Origin: a virus
Lineage: Duplodnaviria; Caudoviricetes
Virus record (IMG/VR): IMGVR_UViG_3300013121_000022
Span: 1-64,000 of that record
Length of the DNA: 64,000 bases
Strand: one strand, 5' to 3'
This document shows positions 29,017 to 39,393 of this stretch, piece after piece. Position 1 is the first letter of the stretch. Each line of letters opens with the position of its first letter. The position numbers were made by a program, and so were the translations under genes. The notes beneath the pieces are model-generated. The model saw only the letters and a list, made by a program, of their open reading frames with translations. It did not search any database and was not told the origin of the DNA.

Positions 29017-32000
29017 AAAAAACCATTTGGCAGGATCATCGTTATTCAATCCAAGAAGAAGATGTGAATGACGACAAAACTGTATATTATTTGTCTGGCA
29101 AAGGCATCGAAACAACTCCTGTATTGTTTGTGCATGGCACAGTATGGGGATCGTATTCAGGTCGCCTGTCCGACATGGCCGATCAACTATCCCGCAAGGG
29201 GTATATGTCGTTAAGTCCAAATACAAAATCACTTGCCAAACAAATTATCACACTTGCACCAAAGGGCATTGGTCTGTCAAAGAAATTCAACCCCGATCAA
29301 CCAAGAGATGAAAACGGGCAGTGGACAGATACCAACATTTCTAAGCATAAACCCTCAACCAAGATTACTCAATCGCCAGAATTCAAAAGATGGTTCGGAA
29401 ATTCTCGCGCAATAAATCATGATGGAACACCCCAAATTCTATATCATTCCACTACTAAAGATTTTGATGAATTTGCTTCCGGCCAAGAAACAGTCAATGG
29501 CGGATCGTTTGGAAACTGGACAGTAAAGCGATCTGGTATATTTTTTGCGGAATCACCTGTCGATTCCCAAGCATATACAAGTGATGGCAAAAGACAGAAA
29601 CAAAACGCAAGAACTATTCCAGTATTCTTGAAAGAGGTCAACCCACTTGATCTGGTATCCGATGGACTAACATTTGATATTGTTAATTCATTAGTTTCAA
29701 CTGGCTATGTCACCGAGAAGTTTCTATACAGCAAAGACTTCAATTGGGAATTATTTGATGATGAAGATGGAATCGCATTTACCAACGCAGTAAAGGCGGC
29801 TGGATATGACTCAGTTAGATTTTGGGACAACAACCCCGATACAGGCAAATCATTTGTTACTCATGTCGTGTTTGATCCAACTCAGATTAAGTCTGCTATC
29901 GGAAATTCTGGCGAATTCAATCCTGACAACCCAAAGATAACCAAACATCTTCCGGGAGAACACGATCAACTTACTCACGGACGCCAAACATCTGGCGAAG
30001 TACAATCAAACAGCGATCAACCAAAACAAACAACGCCAATCAAACAACCACGCACCAGAGAGGATGTTATTCGATCCAAAGAGTTCAAGAAATGGTTCGG
30101 AGATTCAAAGGTTGTCGATGAAAATGGCGATCCGTTGGTGGTGTATCACGGAACAACTCACACATTCGATCAATTCGATCTCAACAAAGCGCCCATTGAA
30201 AATGCCGTTGGACGCGGATTTTATTTTTCGTCTGACTCATATGACGCCGGAAACAATTATGCAACTCCGCTAGGGCCAGACATCACTGAACGAATCGCAA
30301 ATTACGCCGATCAACTTAAAGATTCCGAAGACGAAGACGGAAATCCTATCGACCATGATCGGGCAATGGAACTTGCTAGAGAGAAATTTGTTGGCGATCA
30401 TGAAGGGGCGGTTTTACCCGTCTACTTAAAAATCGAAAATCCAGTCTATTTGAACAAAAATTCTCGCGCCTACGACAAAAATACTCGATTTGAAATTATT
30501 GAGAATTTCGATGAAGATGGAAACGAAACAGACGATCCCGAAGGCAACGGAATCCAGTTACTGGAGTCTATTGATAATGCGTGCGCCAACTATAACTTAG
30601 ATTCTGATATTGTCAAAGAGAAGTTATATGAAGGTCTTATAGATGGATCGTTGACTGCTTATGACGTTATGAAAACGATTGGAGATACATTCTCTGATGT
30701 TTATGACGAAAACACAGGAGAATATGCTGGAGGTCAGTTGATTAGCGACATATTTCAAGGCATGGGATATGATGGCATTATATTTGAAAATGCAAATCAA
30801 TTCTTTCCAAAAATGGGCATTGAATACGAAGCTGATCACTATGTTGTATTTGATCCGACGCAAGTCAAATCGGCTATTGGCAATTCTGGAGAATTCAGTC
30901 CTGATAATCCAAAGATCAACAAAAGTCTCAGGAAGTCGGTTGAGAATGTTTTCAAGCACTTACCGGGTCAACACGATCAATCTACTCACGGCAGGAAACA
31001 TTCACTAGATTCTTCTGGTACAAGTTCAAACTCGTCAAATGTTAGAATCCCAAACGATGACGAGGCCAAGAAAATTTCAGACCTTATGTGGCATATTCGT
31101 CAAAGCGGATTTGACGGAGTCTATGTCAATGATCGAAAAGTGACACCAGAGCAGGCCATTGAAAGTCTGTCAGAGGTTGTCGATCAACTTGATACGATCA
31201 AAAAAGTGTTTCCAACTCTTGATTTGTTCAATCTATCAATCAGATTCAATCTCCAAGATGCTTATGACGGAACTAATGCATTTTACTCGCCGGAAGATCG
31301 GGTAATAGAAATTCACGAAGGCAATGGCGAAGGGTTTGCACACGAATTGTTTCACGCTATCGATCATGGATTTAGTAAGTCTATAGCTCGTAATCACCCA
31401 AGCCGTTTAGCCTCAGAAATTACAGACATATATGCTGTCGAGTTATTGAATGACACTCCGCAGGCAATGGCGATTCACAAAGCCTTTAAGGATTTCTTTG
31501 GCGCAGTAAAAAATACAAAAACGTTTACGGACGACTGGAGTGATATTGCCAATCTCATAGATGAGGATAAAAGAAGAAACGCTCATCCAGATCGTGTAGC
31601 AAACTTTATTAGATACTACAAATCACCAGTAGAGTTTTCGGCGCGATTTTTTGAACAATACATGCAGAAAGAACACGGACTCAAGCAGGTTGGGTATTCA
31701 CGATCTACTCATTACATGCGCGACGCAGACTATCAAGCAGTCAAACCGTATTTTGAGAGTGTACTAGAGTCTTTTGGTCTAATGACCAAGACATCTAAGC
31801 ATTATCCCGGTCTTCACAACCAACAAGATCACGCTCCAAACGAAAAGGTCGCCAGAGAACACCAAGATTCGCACAAGTTTCTCGATTCCTTGAAACAGGC
31901 CAATTTACAGCCGGACGATGTACGCACAATCAGTAAAAAGAAAACCAAGATGAGGCTTGAACTCATTTATCATGACGAAACTAGGGCAAAGCAGGCATTC

Positions 32001-33290
32001 GATAAATCTAAAGCAATGGGATTTGATACATCCACCAGCATTTATCGCTTGCCACTAAACGCCGACATGACAAAATTCAAGCATGGATTTTTGGTGACAG
32101 CGCCCGATTACTATACTCCAAGAGGGCCAAGCTCCAACAACGAAGTTCGCCAAGTGTTCGGCAAGCATCTTCCGGGACAACATGACCAGAGAGATCATGC
32201 ACCTGCCCATCTATCCGACTCTGAGCATCAACGCTATGCCCGAAGTCGAGTTAAACGAGAATCGCTGGTGGCTAATGGACTCAAGGGTTATCGAGCACTA
32301 ATTCAGTTGGTCGGCGGAGATCGCGCCAGTGAATTAGTCGCGTCTTATCGTCGCTATCGTCCAAGCAGATCGGCGCAGATCGTTTCTCGCTGGTTATTAG
32401 ACCTGCATATCCCCCACGAGATGGAAGTAAAGCTTGCCCCTGAAATCTATGTTGACATCATGTTTGGGAACAAGATTATTGAACTACGTGGAAAGAATCA
32501 TGCCAATCGATCAAAAGAATATGCCGCACAGCGCAAAGAAATTCAAAAGCGCAAAGCGGATATTGCTCAAAATCGCGGCATGTCTATATTGTATTTAACT
32601 GATACAGAAATTCAAACTGGCAAAGCACTCGATAAATTGAAAGTGTTTGTGAACGAGCCTGCTCAAAAGCATCTGGCCGGAATGCATAATCAACAGGATC
32701 ATGGACGCAAGAAACGCGAGTACGCCTTGACTGAAATCACTAAACAAGATGATAGTACGTGGTCAAAATCAGCAAATCAACTTTCAAAGCCCAATCATCC
32801 GCGTTTTGATGACATCTTGAAATCAGCAATCTATATATATTCAGCCCTTGAAGATCAACAAAAATCAAAAGGCACATACAAGGTTGTTGGTCTGCGAGAC
32901 AATTCCAATGTACTACAAGCGTTTTTTGGAGTAGATACATTAGACGCAGGCAAACTAAATAAGCTGAAAGACTATGGCATGTCTAATTCAGACGCAGATC
33001 AAATCAAAGATGCGTTGTACCTTGATTCCTTGTCGGTAGCTCCCTGGCATTTTGGAGATGACGGTGTTTCTGGTTGGGGAATTGAGATTATGAGATCGGC
33101 CATTAATTATGCCAAAAACAATCACAAGAATGGTATATTTCTAGTATCTGCCGATTCGGGATCGGACTCTTTTTACAATCTAATTGACATGAAGAAAATA
33201 TCAACACTCAACAATAAGCAGGGCTATTTTTGGAATACGCAAGACATGGAGGCGTTTTTGAATGAGTATCAACTTAGACAAAGCAAGTAA
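29013..33290 (+). CDS. tagged polyvalent polyprotein: 2x ART-PolyVal, zincin/LPD1, unknown module, PD-(D/E)xK nuclease-like, GNAT-like
   Basis: F..WFG.S.....G.P...YH.T twice, each ending VVFDPTQ.KSAIGNSGEF; HELFH...YY..PVEF.AR.FEQY; VDI......IELRG..H; LYLDSLSVAPW; six tags at domain borders. Confidence 0.85.
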   Translation: MKKTIWQDHRYSIQEEDVNDDKTVYYLSGKGIETTPVLFVHGTVWGSYSGRLSDMADQLSRKGYMSLSPNTKSLAKQIITLAPKGIGLSKKFNPDQPRDENGQWTDTNISKHKPSTKITQSPEFKRWFGNSRAINHDGTPQILYHSTTKDFDEFASGQETVNGGSFGNWTVKRSGIFFAESPVDSQAYTSDGKRQKQNARTIPVFLKEVNPLDLVSDGLTFDIVNSLVSTGYVTEKFLYSKDFNWELFDDEDGIAFTNAVKAAGYDSVRFWDNNPDTGKSFVTHVVFDPTQIKSAIGNSGEFNPDNPKITKHLPGEHDQLTHGRQTSGEVQSNSDQPKQTTPIKQPRTREDVIRSKEFKKWFGDSKVVDENGDPLVVYHGTTHTFDQFDLNKAPIENAVGRGFYFSSDSYDAGNNYATPLGPDITERIANYADQLKDSEDEDGNPIDHDRAMELAREKFVGDHEGAVLPVYLKIENPVYLNKNSRAYDKNTRFEIIENFDEDGNETDDPEGNGIQLLESIDNACANYNLDSDIVKEKLYEGLIDGSLTAYDVMKTIGDTFSDVYDENTGEYAGGQLISDIFQGMGYDGIIFENANQFFPKMGIEYEADHYVVFDPTQVKSAIGNSGEFSPDNPKINKSLRKSVENVFKHLPGQHDQSTHGRKHSLDSSGTSSNSSNVRIPNDDEAKKISDLMWHIRQSGFDGVYVNDRKVTPEQAIESLSEVVDQLDTIKKVFPTLDLFNLSIRFNLQDAYDGTNAFYSPEDRVIEIHEGNGEGFAHELFHAIDHGFSKSIARNHPSRLASEITDIYAVELLNDTPQAMAIHKAFKDFFGAVKNTKTFTDDWSDIANLIDEDKRRNAHPDRVANFIRYYKSPVEFSARFFEQYMQKEHGLKQVGYSRSTHYMRDADYQAVKPYFESVLESFGLMTKTSKHYPGLHNQQDHAPNEKVAREHQDSHKFLDSLKQANLQPDDVRTISKKKTKMRLELIYHDETRAKQAFDKSKAMGFDTSTSIYRLPLNADMTKFKHGFLVTAPDYYTPRGPSSNNEVRQVFGKHLPGQHDQRDHAPAHLSDSEHQRYARSRVKRESLVANGLKGYRALIQLVGGDRASELVASYRRYRPSRSAQIVSRWLLDLHIPHEMEVKLAPEIYVDIMFGNKIIELRGKNHANRSKEYAAQRKEIQKRKADIAQNRGMSILYLTDTEIQTGKALDKLKVFVNEPAQKHLAGMHNQQDHGRKKREYALTEITKQDDSTWSKSANQLSKPNHPRFDDILKSAIYIYSALEDQQKSKGTYKVVGLRDNSNVLQAFFGVDTLDAGKLNKLKDYGMSNSDADQIKDALYLDSLSVAPWHFGDDGVSGWGIEIMRSAINYAKNNHKNGIFLVSADSGSDSFYNLIDMKKISTLNNKQGYFWNTQDMEAFLNEYQLRQSK

Positions 33291-35829
33291 AATAAATCCA
33301 TTCGCCGGACACAAGTCAAGTAAGTTACGATCATCGATAACTCGCGCAATCAAACACTTGCCTGGCGAACACGATCAACTTACTCACGGTCATGGAGATG
33401 GTGTTAATAACTCTCAATCGCCTCAGCCTAACACAAGTTCAGTCGCACCAAAGCCCAAATCTTTGGGATCGCAATTGCAGGGACTTTCCATTCAGGAACG
33501 CAAGGCAATGTGGCAGGCCATGTCACAAGAACAACAAGACGAACTTGTTAACGCAAAAGAATACATCAAAAACACAATCGCAACTCGCCTGAAATTCGCT
33601 GGTAGGCGTCCCACCGAAGGCGAACCAGTCAAAGCGGTCAATCAACGATTGAAGCAGATTGGGGATTTTATTACTCCTGATGCTGGTAAGCAAATTCAAA
33701 AACACATGAAAGCACTTGACGGGTTTTTGAAGGCAAGTAAAGTGGACGACGATTCAATTCGAGAAATTTTACTAGAATCAGTCGATGCCCTTGCGGTTCA
33801 GGAAAACGAGAGCTTGTCTCGATCATTGGGAGATCACGGTGTTCGTCACTTGCTAGGCGATGTCGATGCCGCACTCAGTATTCTTGAAACAGTTCCGGGG
33901 TTTGATTCTCCACAAACCAAAGCGGTAGTAACATTGGCAGGTGTCTTTCACGATTCGGGATACCTAACCGAACCAAGTCACTTCTTTTTGGATTCCGAAC
34001 ATCCACACCATTCTACTCAACACTATGAGGCCAATATTAGTCCAATGATCAAGGACGCACTCGGAGATGCCGCTGATGCCTTGTTAAAGAAAACCATTGA
34101 AACACACTATAGCAATGAACTGGATTGGGAAAACGATCCGGTGGCAAGTGCATTTCGTGTGGCTGATAACGTGGCCTTATTTCATAAGGAAAAACTACCC
34201 GGCCTTATTCATCACGTACCAGAAAACAAGCAGGTAATTTTTGACTTTGCCGATAAAAAAATTGACGTACCCGAAGCAATCAAGCGGATGAAGGCAAACA
34301 TTAAGTCCAGTTCCTTATCCGACTCAGTCAAGGCAGTGCTATCTCATGCCGCCGACGAATTCTCGCCCGTCCTTGTCAAAAATACATTGGGTATGTTGGC
34401 CGGAGAAATAAAAGGCTTTGACTGGCAAGACAATTCTCTGGTCGTAAAGGTAAAGCGCGACCAAGAAAATCTCAAGATGCATCAAGTATTTGATCTTGGG
34501 CAAAAGAACTTCACCAAGTTTGCGGAAGCATTTGGAGTTGATCCAAAGAAATTTGAGACTGAAAACAAATTTGAATTCATCGATCCACAAACAAGCAAGC
34601 TGGATATGCTGGTATTGGTAGAGGGAAAACTTGAAAAAGAATTGTTTGCCAGAATTATGAAAAGTATGAATTCATACTTACGCAAGCATCATGCCGGAGA
34701 GCACGATCAACTTACTCATGGAAACTGGTCGGATGCCACATGGAAGTCGCTCGAATCCGAATCGCAGGACAAAATTATCAATACCATGAAACACGCAAAG
34801 CCTGTAAAAGTTTTTGGTAGCAATCTTGCCAATGTATATACGTTAGACTTGAATGGCGACAGGCGTGTTGTTGAATGGGACGGTGAAGATGACTTGTATC
34901 CAGCAGTGTCGCCAATTGACGACTTTGTGTATTCCAGTTCCGGCGAACGCATGATAAATAAGATCGTCTCTAAACTTTCTGAACAATTTTCATCTGACTT
35001 CAATCAACACCCACAAACACTGTATCATGCAACTGACAGTAAAAACGTTGCATCAATAACGTCGCAAGGGCTAAAACCGTCTGACAAGACCAGAGGCATT
35101 ACAAATCGTCATGTGCATAACGCGATTTTTACAACACTCAATGAGAATTCAGCACTGTCAGGATCATATGGAGATTCGGTATTCAAGATTGACACACAGG
35201 CTATGAAACGTGACGGAATCGATCTGTCAGTCGAAAAAGAACCAGAAGCATTTCGTCAAGAAGCAACTCAAATTTTAGCCAATGCCATTGGGATTGAAGA
35301 TTTTGAGAGCAATGAATCTTTCGATAACGCTGACGACCCTGAAACGGTAATTGCCTACAATTCAATTCCGCCAAAATATCTAACGCTGGTAACTCAAAAG
35401 TCACAAGGCGATAACGCCATACTATATCATGGCACAGGCGCAGATGTAGTTGAACGCATCAAAAAGGAAGGGTTACTTCCTCCATCTCTAACTGGCAACG
35501 CAGTGGCAATGGCACATTCAATTGAAAGTGAGGAAGACGCAGATCGATACGCGTCGGTGTACTTGACTGGCAATAAAAAAAAGACATTGGCCTACGCTTT
35601 ACAATCAGCAAAGTTTCATAATGCATCTCAGGCCGCAATCATAGAGGTTGAATTGCCAGAATCGGAATCGACTATAATCGATGAATACGATTCGGAGTCG
35701 GTGAGACTTCCAGAGGTAAAGCCAGAATGGATCAAAAATATTTCGTTGTTATCTGTCGGTGATTTGGAGAGAATGACAAAAAGCGCAAGAGATAGAGAGA
35801 CTCTATACGCTGTTGTTGTAATAAAATAA
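33262..35829 (+). CDS. tagged polyprotein: HD phosphohydrolase plus two ART-fold (Tpt1/DUF952-like) domains
   Basis: Tags at 33352 and 34684; DHGVRH...FHDSGY...H...VAD; LYHAT...I...GL.P and LYHGT...IKKEGL.P...VYLT...PEWI. Confidence 0.75.
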   Translation: MSINLDKASKINPFAGHKSSKLRSSITRAIKHLPGEHDQLTHGHGDGVNNSQSPQPNTSSVAPKPKSLGSQLQGLSIQERKAMWQAMSQEQQDELVNAKEYIKNTIATRLKFAGRRPTEGEPVKAVNQRLKQIGDFITPDAGKQIQKHMKALDGFLKASKVDDDSIREILLESVDALAVQENESLSRSLGDHGVRHLLGDVDAALSILETVPGFDSPQTKAVVTLAGVFHDSGYLTEPSHFFLDSEHPHHSTQHYEANISPMIKDALGDAADALLKKTIETHYSNELDWENDPVASAFRVADNVALFHKEKLPGLIHHVPENKQVIFDFADKKIDVPEAIKRMKANIKSSSLSDSVKAVLSHAADEFSPVLVKNTLGMLAGEIKGFDWQDNSLVVKVKRDQENLKMHQVFDLGQKNFTKFAEAFGVDPKKFETENKFEFIDPQTSKLDMLVLVEGKLEKELFARIMKSMNSYLRKHHAGEHDQLTHGNWSDATWKSLESESQDKIINTMKHAKPVKVFGSNLANVYTLDLNGDRRVVEWDGEDDLYPAVSPIDDFVYSSSGERMINKIVSKLSEQFSSDFNQHPQTLYHATDSKNVASITSQGLKPSDKTRGITNRHVHNAIFTTLNENSALSGSYGDSVFKIDTQAMKRDGIDLSVEKEPEAFRQEATQILANAIGIEDFESNESFDNADDPETVIAYNSIPPKYLTLVTQKSQGDNAILYHGTGADVVERIKKEGLLPPSLTGNAVAMAHSIESEEDADRYASVYLTGNKKKTLAYALQSAKFHNASQAAIIEVELPESESTIIDEYDSESVRLPEVKPEWIKNISLLSVGDLERMTKSARDRETLYAVVVIK

Positions 35830-37313
35830 TGGCCTCCAGCCTAGAAGAAAAAGCACTATACGTCAAAGCACTTTACAAACAAGGTCTAAAGTTTCCGGCA
35901 TGGAGTGTGGAACGCACTAAGTTTCATACTGAATCGTTTTGGTTATTTTCAAATTGGTTTAGACCACAATCCGAACCATATCAACCATTTCATAAAGAGT
36001 GGATGGAAATTGCTTGTGGTCAACAATTCTTTGGAGTTCTCGCACCCCGCGATCATTCAAAGTCAACAACCTTTGGATCGAACTACCCGATCTGGAGATT
36101 GTTTATGCAACCCGAATCGACTATTATGCTGGTCGCTTCTGCCGCCTCAGTTGCTGAATTACAAATGCGACGTATCAAAGAGTGCATCGAAACTGACGAC
36201 TTGCTAAAAAAGTATTTTGGAAATTTATATCCCACCAATCCAATCAAATGGACAAACACAGAAATTATCGTGGAGCGACCCGCTGGTATCGCCCATCCCT
36301 CAGTCGTAGCTCTAGGTGTTGGGGCAGCTATCCTGTCTCGTCGTGCTAAATTCGTAATAGCCGATGATATTGTGCGAGATGACGAAGTTGGAGATGAACA
36401 GCGCGAACGACTGGCGGCATGGGTTAATGGAGTTTTGCTTGGAGTTCTTGAACCTGATGATCAAGTGGGCTTTATTGGCACAAAGAAACACGAGTGGGAT
36501 TTTTACGGGCAATTAGAACAAAATCGAAAATACTTTTATCGGCGCTATGACGCGATTCAAAAAGAAAATCCAGATGGATCATGGGAAACATTGTGGCCGA
36601 GTAAATGGCCGGACAAAGCCCTAAAAGATCGTCTGGAATTACTTGGATCGCATGAATTTAATCGCAACTACCGCAACATCGCAATGGGTGACAACGAATC
36701 ACCTTTTCCGCTCAAGTGGCTTGAAAAATGCAAGCAATGGGACTTAGATTTGCATTGGGAGTATCCTTATCAAGACATCAAAAAGGTGATTTCCATAGAC
36801 TTGTCAATGAACAGTCAAACTAAAGGATCATCGGGATCGTACTTTGTTGCATTGGTCTTGGGATTGCTCCCTGATAACCGCTATATTGTGCTCAACATGA
36901 TTAGAAGCAAGACATTTAACTTTCCGCAACAGGTTGAGGAAGTGTCGCATCTTATTGAAAAATTCCCGCCCGATGCCGTGATTGTTGAAACTAATGCCTA
37001 TCAACGCGCCATGTATGATACTTTGGTGTTAAAATATCCACATATCAACATCGAATCGCACGTTACTGGTCGGAATAAAAATTCACCCGATGAAGGCATT
37101 CCAATTTTACAGCCAATCATTGAATCTGCTCGTCTTCTGTTTCCATATGCAAATCCAACTGCCAGAGCAATTAGCGATGTCATTATCGAGGAATTGAATC
37201 GACTGTTAGTTGCAAGGTACACTGATACAGTTATGGCGCTGTGGTTTGGAGTCAAGTGGTTGGCGCAATACGTGAAAACCACCAAGTACAGAACCAGAGC
37301 TGCTATTCTTTAG
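35829..37313 (+). CDS. terL: terminase large subunit
   Basis: APRDHSKS Walker A, VIADD Walker B, IGT coupling motif, ISIDLS...VETNAYQ...DTVMA nuclease. Confidence 0.93.
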   Translation: MASSLEEKALYVKALYKQGLKFPAWSVERTKFHTESFWLFSNWFRPQSEPYQPFHKEWMEIACGQQFFGVLAPRDHSKSTTFGSNYPIWRLFMQPESTIMLVASAASVAELQMRRIKECIETDDLLKKYFGNLYPTNPIKWTNTEIIVERPAGIAHPSVVALGVGAAILSRRAKFVIADDIVRDDEVGDEQRERLAAWVNGVLLGVLEPDDQVGFIGTKKHEWDFYGQLEQNRKYFYRRYDAIQKENPDGSWETLWPSKWPDKALKDRLELLGSHEFNRNYRNIAMGDNESPFPLKWLEKCKQWDLDLHWEYPYQDIKKVISIDLSMNSQTKGSSGSYFVALVLGLLPDNRYIVLNMIRSKTFNFPQQVEEVSHLIEKFPPDAVIVETNAYQRAMYDTLVLKYPHINIESHVTGRNKNSPDEGIPILQPIIESARLLFPYANPTARAISDVIIEELNRLLVARYTDTVMALWFGVKWLAQYVKTTKYRTRAAIL

Positions 37314-37322
37314 GAACACTGA

Positions 37323-39062
37323 ATGAGAAAATCAAAAACACCGACAAAGCCGCTAATCCCTAAAACAGACATCAAAGTTATTCCAGTCGAAAAGGGAATG
37401 AAAGACGATGGAACACCATTTGTTAAAGCCGTTGTGTTGAAGGGTGCAAAAAAATCACGCGTCAAGCGAGACATTTCCAAGTCGGCCTACAAAGACAATA
37501 AAATAGTTGAACCGTATCTTAAGCCAGCAGTGTTAGACGAGTTTTTGGTTGCCTCTCCAACTCATGCAATCTCAGTACACAAAAAAGCCAGACTAGTCGC
37601 CGGACTCGGCATTAAGATCATTACCCGATTTAACGCTGGAGAGGCTAGGGTAAAAATGCGAAAATGGGAAAATGCCGATCCCGAACAACAAAAAAAGCTC
37701 GATAAAAAAGAGTACGATGAAGCTAAAAAGAATTTGGCGGCATTCAAGCTCGAAAAAGAAAGATTACAAAACTGGCTGGACAGCGCAACAGACGAATCGA
37801 TCTTATTGGATATTATTGAAAACTTTTGGGCGGACTATGAGGCATTTGGTAACGGCAACTTAGAAATTCGCCGCGACGATAATGATGAAGTTGCCAAAAT
37901 CGGACACATCCCCTCACTTCGACTGAAAGTAGTTCAGGGCGGAGAGAAGTTCGCTTACTTCGCCACACCCAATCAAATCAATCCAGAATATTTCAAGCGA
38001 TTTGGCGATCCCCGACACCTAAACGCCAAAACTGGTGAATGGCGAGAGTGGAAAGGATCGATTGACGATGACGATTTTGACGCAGGCAAAGATTGGGGAG
38101 ATGACGAAGCGAATGAGGTATTGCGCTATCTGTGCTACAACTCTCGCGACATGAATTACGGCATTCCTGTTTGGTATTCAGCTTTGGCCGATATGATCGG
38201 CGCAATCGAATCGCGTGACTTCATGCTCAAGTTCTTCACCGAAAAAGCTGTGCCCATGTATGCGGTTCTACTGGAAGGCGGATCGTGGTCGGATGAAACC
38301 ATTGCCACTATTCAAAATTTCTTTCGTCGTGAACTTAACGGAAACTATCACGCGACACTCGCCCTAGAAGTTCCAGAGAATGGCAAGATTACGTTTGAGC
38401 AAATCAGCCAAGAGCCGCGCTGGTGGCCTTTCATTCTAAAATATCGTGACACTGTGCGAGATATTATTGTCTCGGTACACGGCCTTACTCCGTCCCTTGT
38501 GGGCGTCATTGAAACGGCGCACTTGGGAGGCGGAGATGGATCGGCGCAAATGGAAATGGTCAAAACCGCCGAAATCAAGCCGCGTCAAGAAAAACTTGAA
38601 TGGCTGATGAATCAAAAATTGATCAAGGATGGCATGGGATTGTCGCATGTCATGATCAAGTTTGATGAGATTGATGTCAAAGACGAATCTGCAACCGTTC
38701 AATCAGTTAATACACTTTACTCAAGTCCGCAAAGACCTGCTATTACGACCAATGAAGCAAGAGAAATGTTACGCCTTGCGCCCGTTGATGCAGAATGGGC
38801 GGACGAGCTATTGTTGCAAGACCCGCAATTCGGGTTGTTGCCTATCAGTCAAATTTCAGAGGCAGTTCGCAATCAAGCAAAGTCGGCGCAGATCGCTGGA
38901 CAGGCACAGGGCATTGAGTCTCAAACACAAAACGTTGATGGCCTGCCAGCATCGAAACCAACAGGACAACCAGAACAAGTCCCTGATTTCAACAGTATCT
39001 TTTCTGGATTACAAAAATCAAAAATCAATTTGAGGAAAGAGGTTCGAGATGCTATTAAATAG
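37323..39062 (+). CDS. portal protein (PBSX/XkdE-like)
   Basis: Follows TerL; DYEAFGNG.LEI.R, YGIP.W, FF...A.P, T.NEAREML.L.P. Confidence 0.9.
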   Translation: MRKSKTPTKPLIPKTDIKVIPVEKGMKDDGTPFVKAVVLKGAKKSRVKRDISKSAYKDNKIVEPYLKPAVLDEFLVASPTHAISVHKKARLVAGLGIKIITRFNAGEARVKMRKWENADPEQQKKLDKKEYDEAKKNLAAFKLEKERLQNWLDSATDESILLDIIENFWADYEAFGNGNLEIRRDDNDEVAKIGHIPSLRLKVVQGGEKFAYFATPNQINPEYFKRFGDPRHLNAKTGEWREWKGSIDDDDFDAGKDWGDDEANEVLRYLCYNSRDMNYGIPVWYSALADMIGAIESRDFMLKFFTEKAVPMYAVLLEGGSWSDETIATIQNFFRRELNGNYHATLALEVPENGKITFEQISQEPRWWPFILKYRDTVRDIIVSVHGLTPSLVGVIETAHLGGGDGSAQMEMVKTAEIKPRQEKLEWLMNQKLIKDGMGLSHVMIKFDEIDVKDESATVQSVNTLYSSPQRPAITTNEAREMLRLAPVDAEWADELLLQDPQFGLLPISQISEAVRNQAKSAQIAGQAQGIESQTQNVDGLPASKPTGQPEQVPDFNSIFSGLQKSKINLRKEVRDAIK

Positions 39063-39360
39063 TTCAGGTGTTATTCGTCCAGAAGGAATTCCGTTTGGAC
39101 ACGCCTACAGAATTCAACCAGAGATTATCAGGCATGGCATACCCGAAGGCAACATATTAAGATGTTGGCAATGCGGATCAATCATTGGAGAAAAACAGTC
39201 GGGAACTTTTTTGGTGTCATCCAATAAAGTTGAGATTGGCGGGATACCACTGAGCCTGTCGGTCTGGCGCAGATGTCGTGGTGGAAAATCACATCCTAAT
39301 TGTCGAGCAGTCAACAAACTTCCAACAGAATGGGTTGTTACCGACAAACTTCTACAATAA
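39049..39360 (+). CDS. zinc-ribbon protein, Com-like
   Basis: RCWQCG...RC......C.AVN. Confidence 0.5.
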   Translation: MLLNSSGVIRPEGIPFGHAYRIQPEIIRHGIPEGNILRCWQCGSIIGEKQSGTFLVSSNKVEIGGIPLSLSVWRRCRGGKSHPNCRAVNKLPTEWVVTDKLLQ

Positions 39361-39361
39361 A

Positions 39362-39389
39362 AAAATCACCGTCTCAGGACGGTGATTTT
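39362..39389. terminator. bidirectional intrinsic terminator
   Basis: AAAATCACCGTC-TCAG-GACGGTGATTTT between convergent genes. Confidence 0.85.
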
Positions 39390-39393
39390 CGTT

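Noticed and set aside
39289-39312. HPNCR as the MuF (SPP1 gp7) C-terminal motif downstream of the portal
   Set aside because: The ORF is only 103 aa, reads HPNCRA rather than HPNCRC and lacks the preceding MuF helices; it fits a Com-like zinc ribbon better
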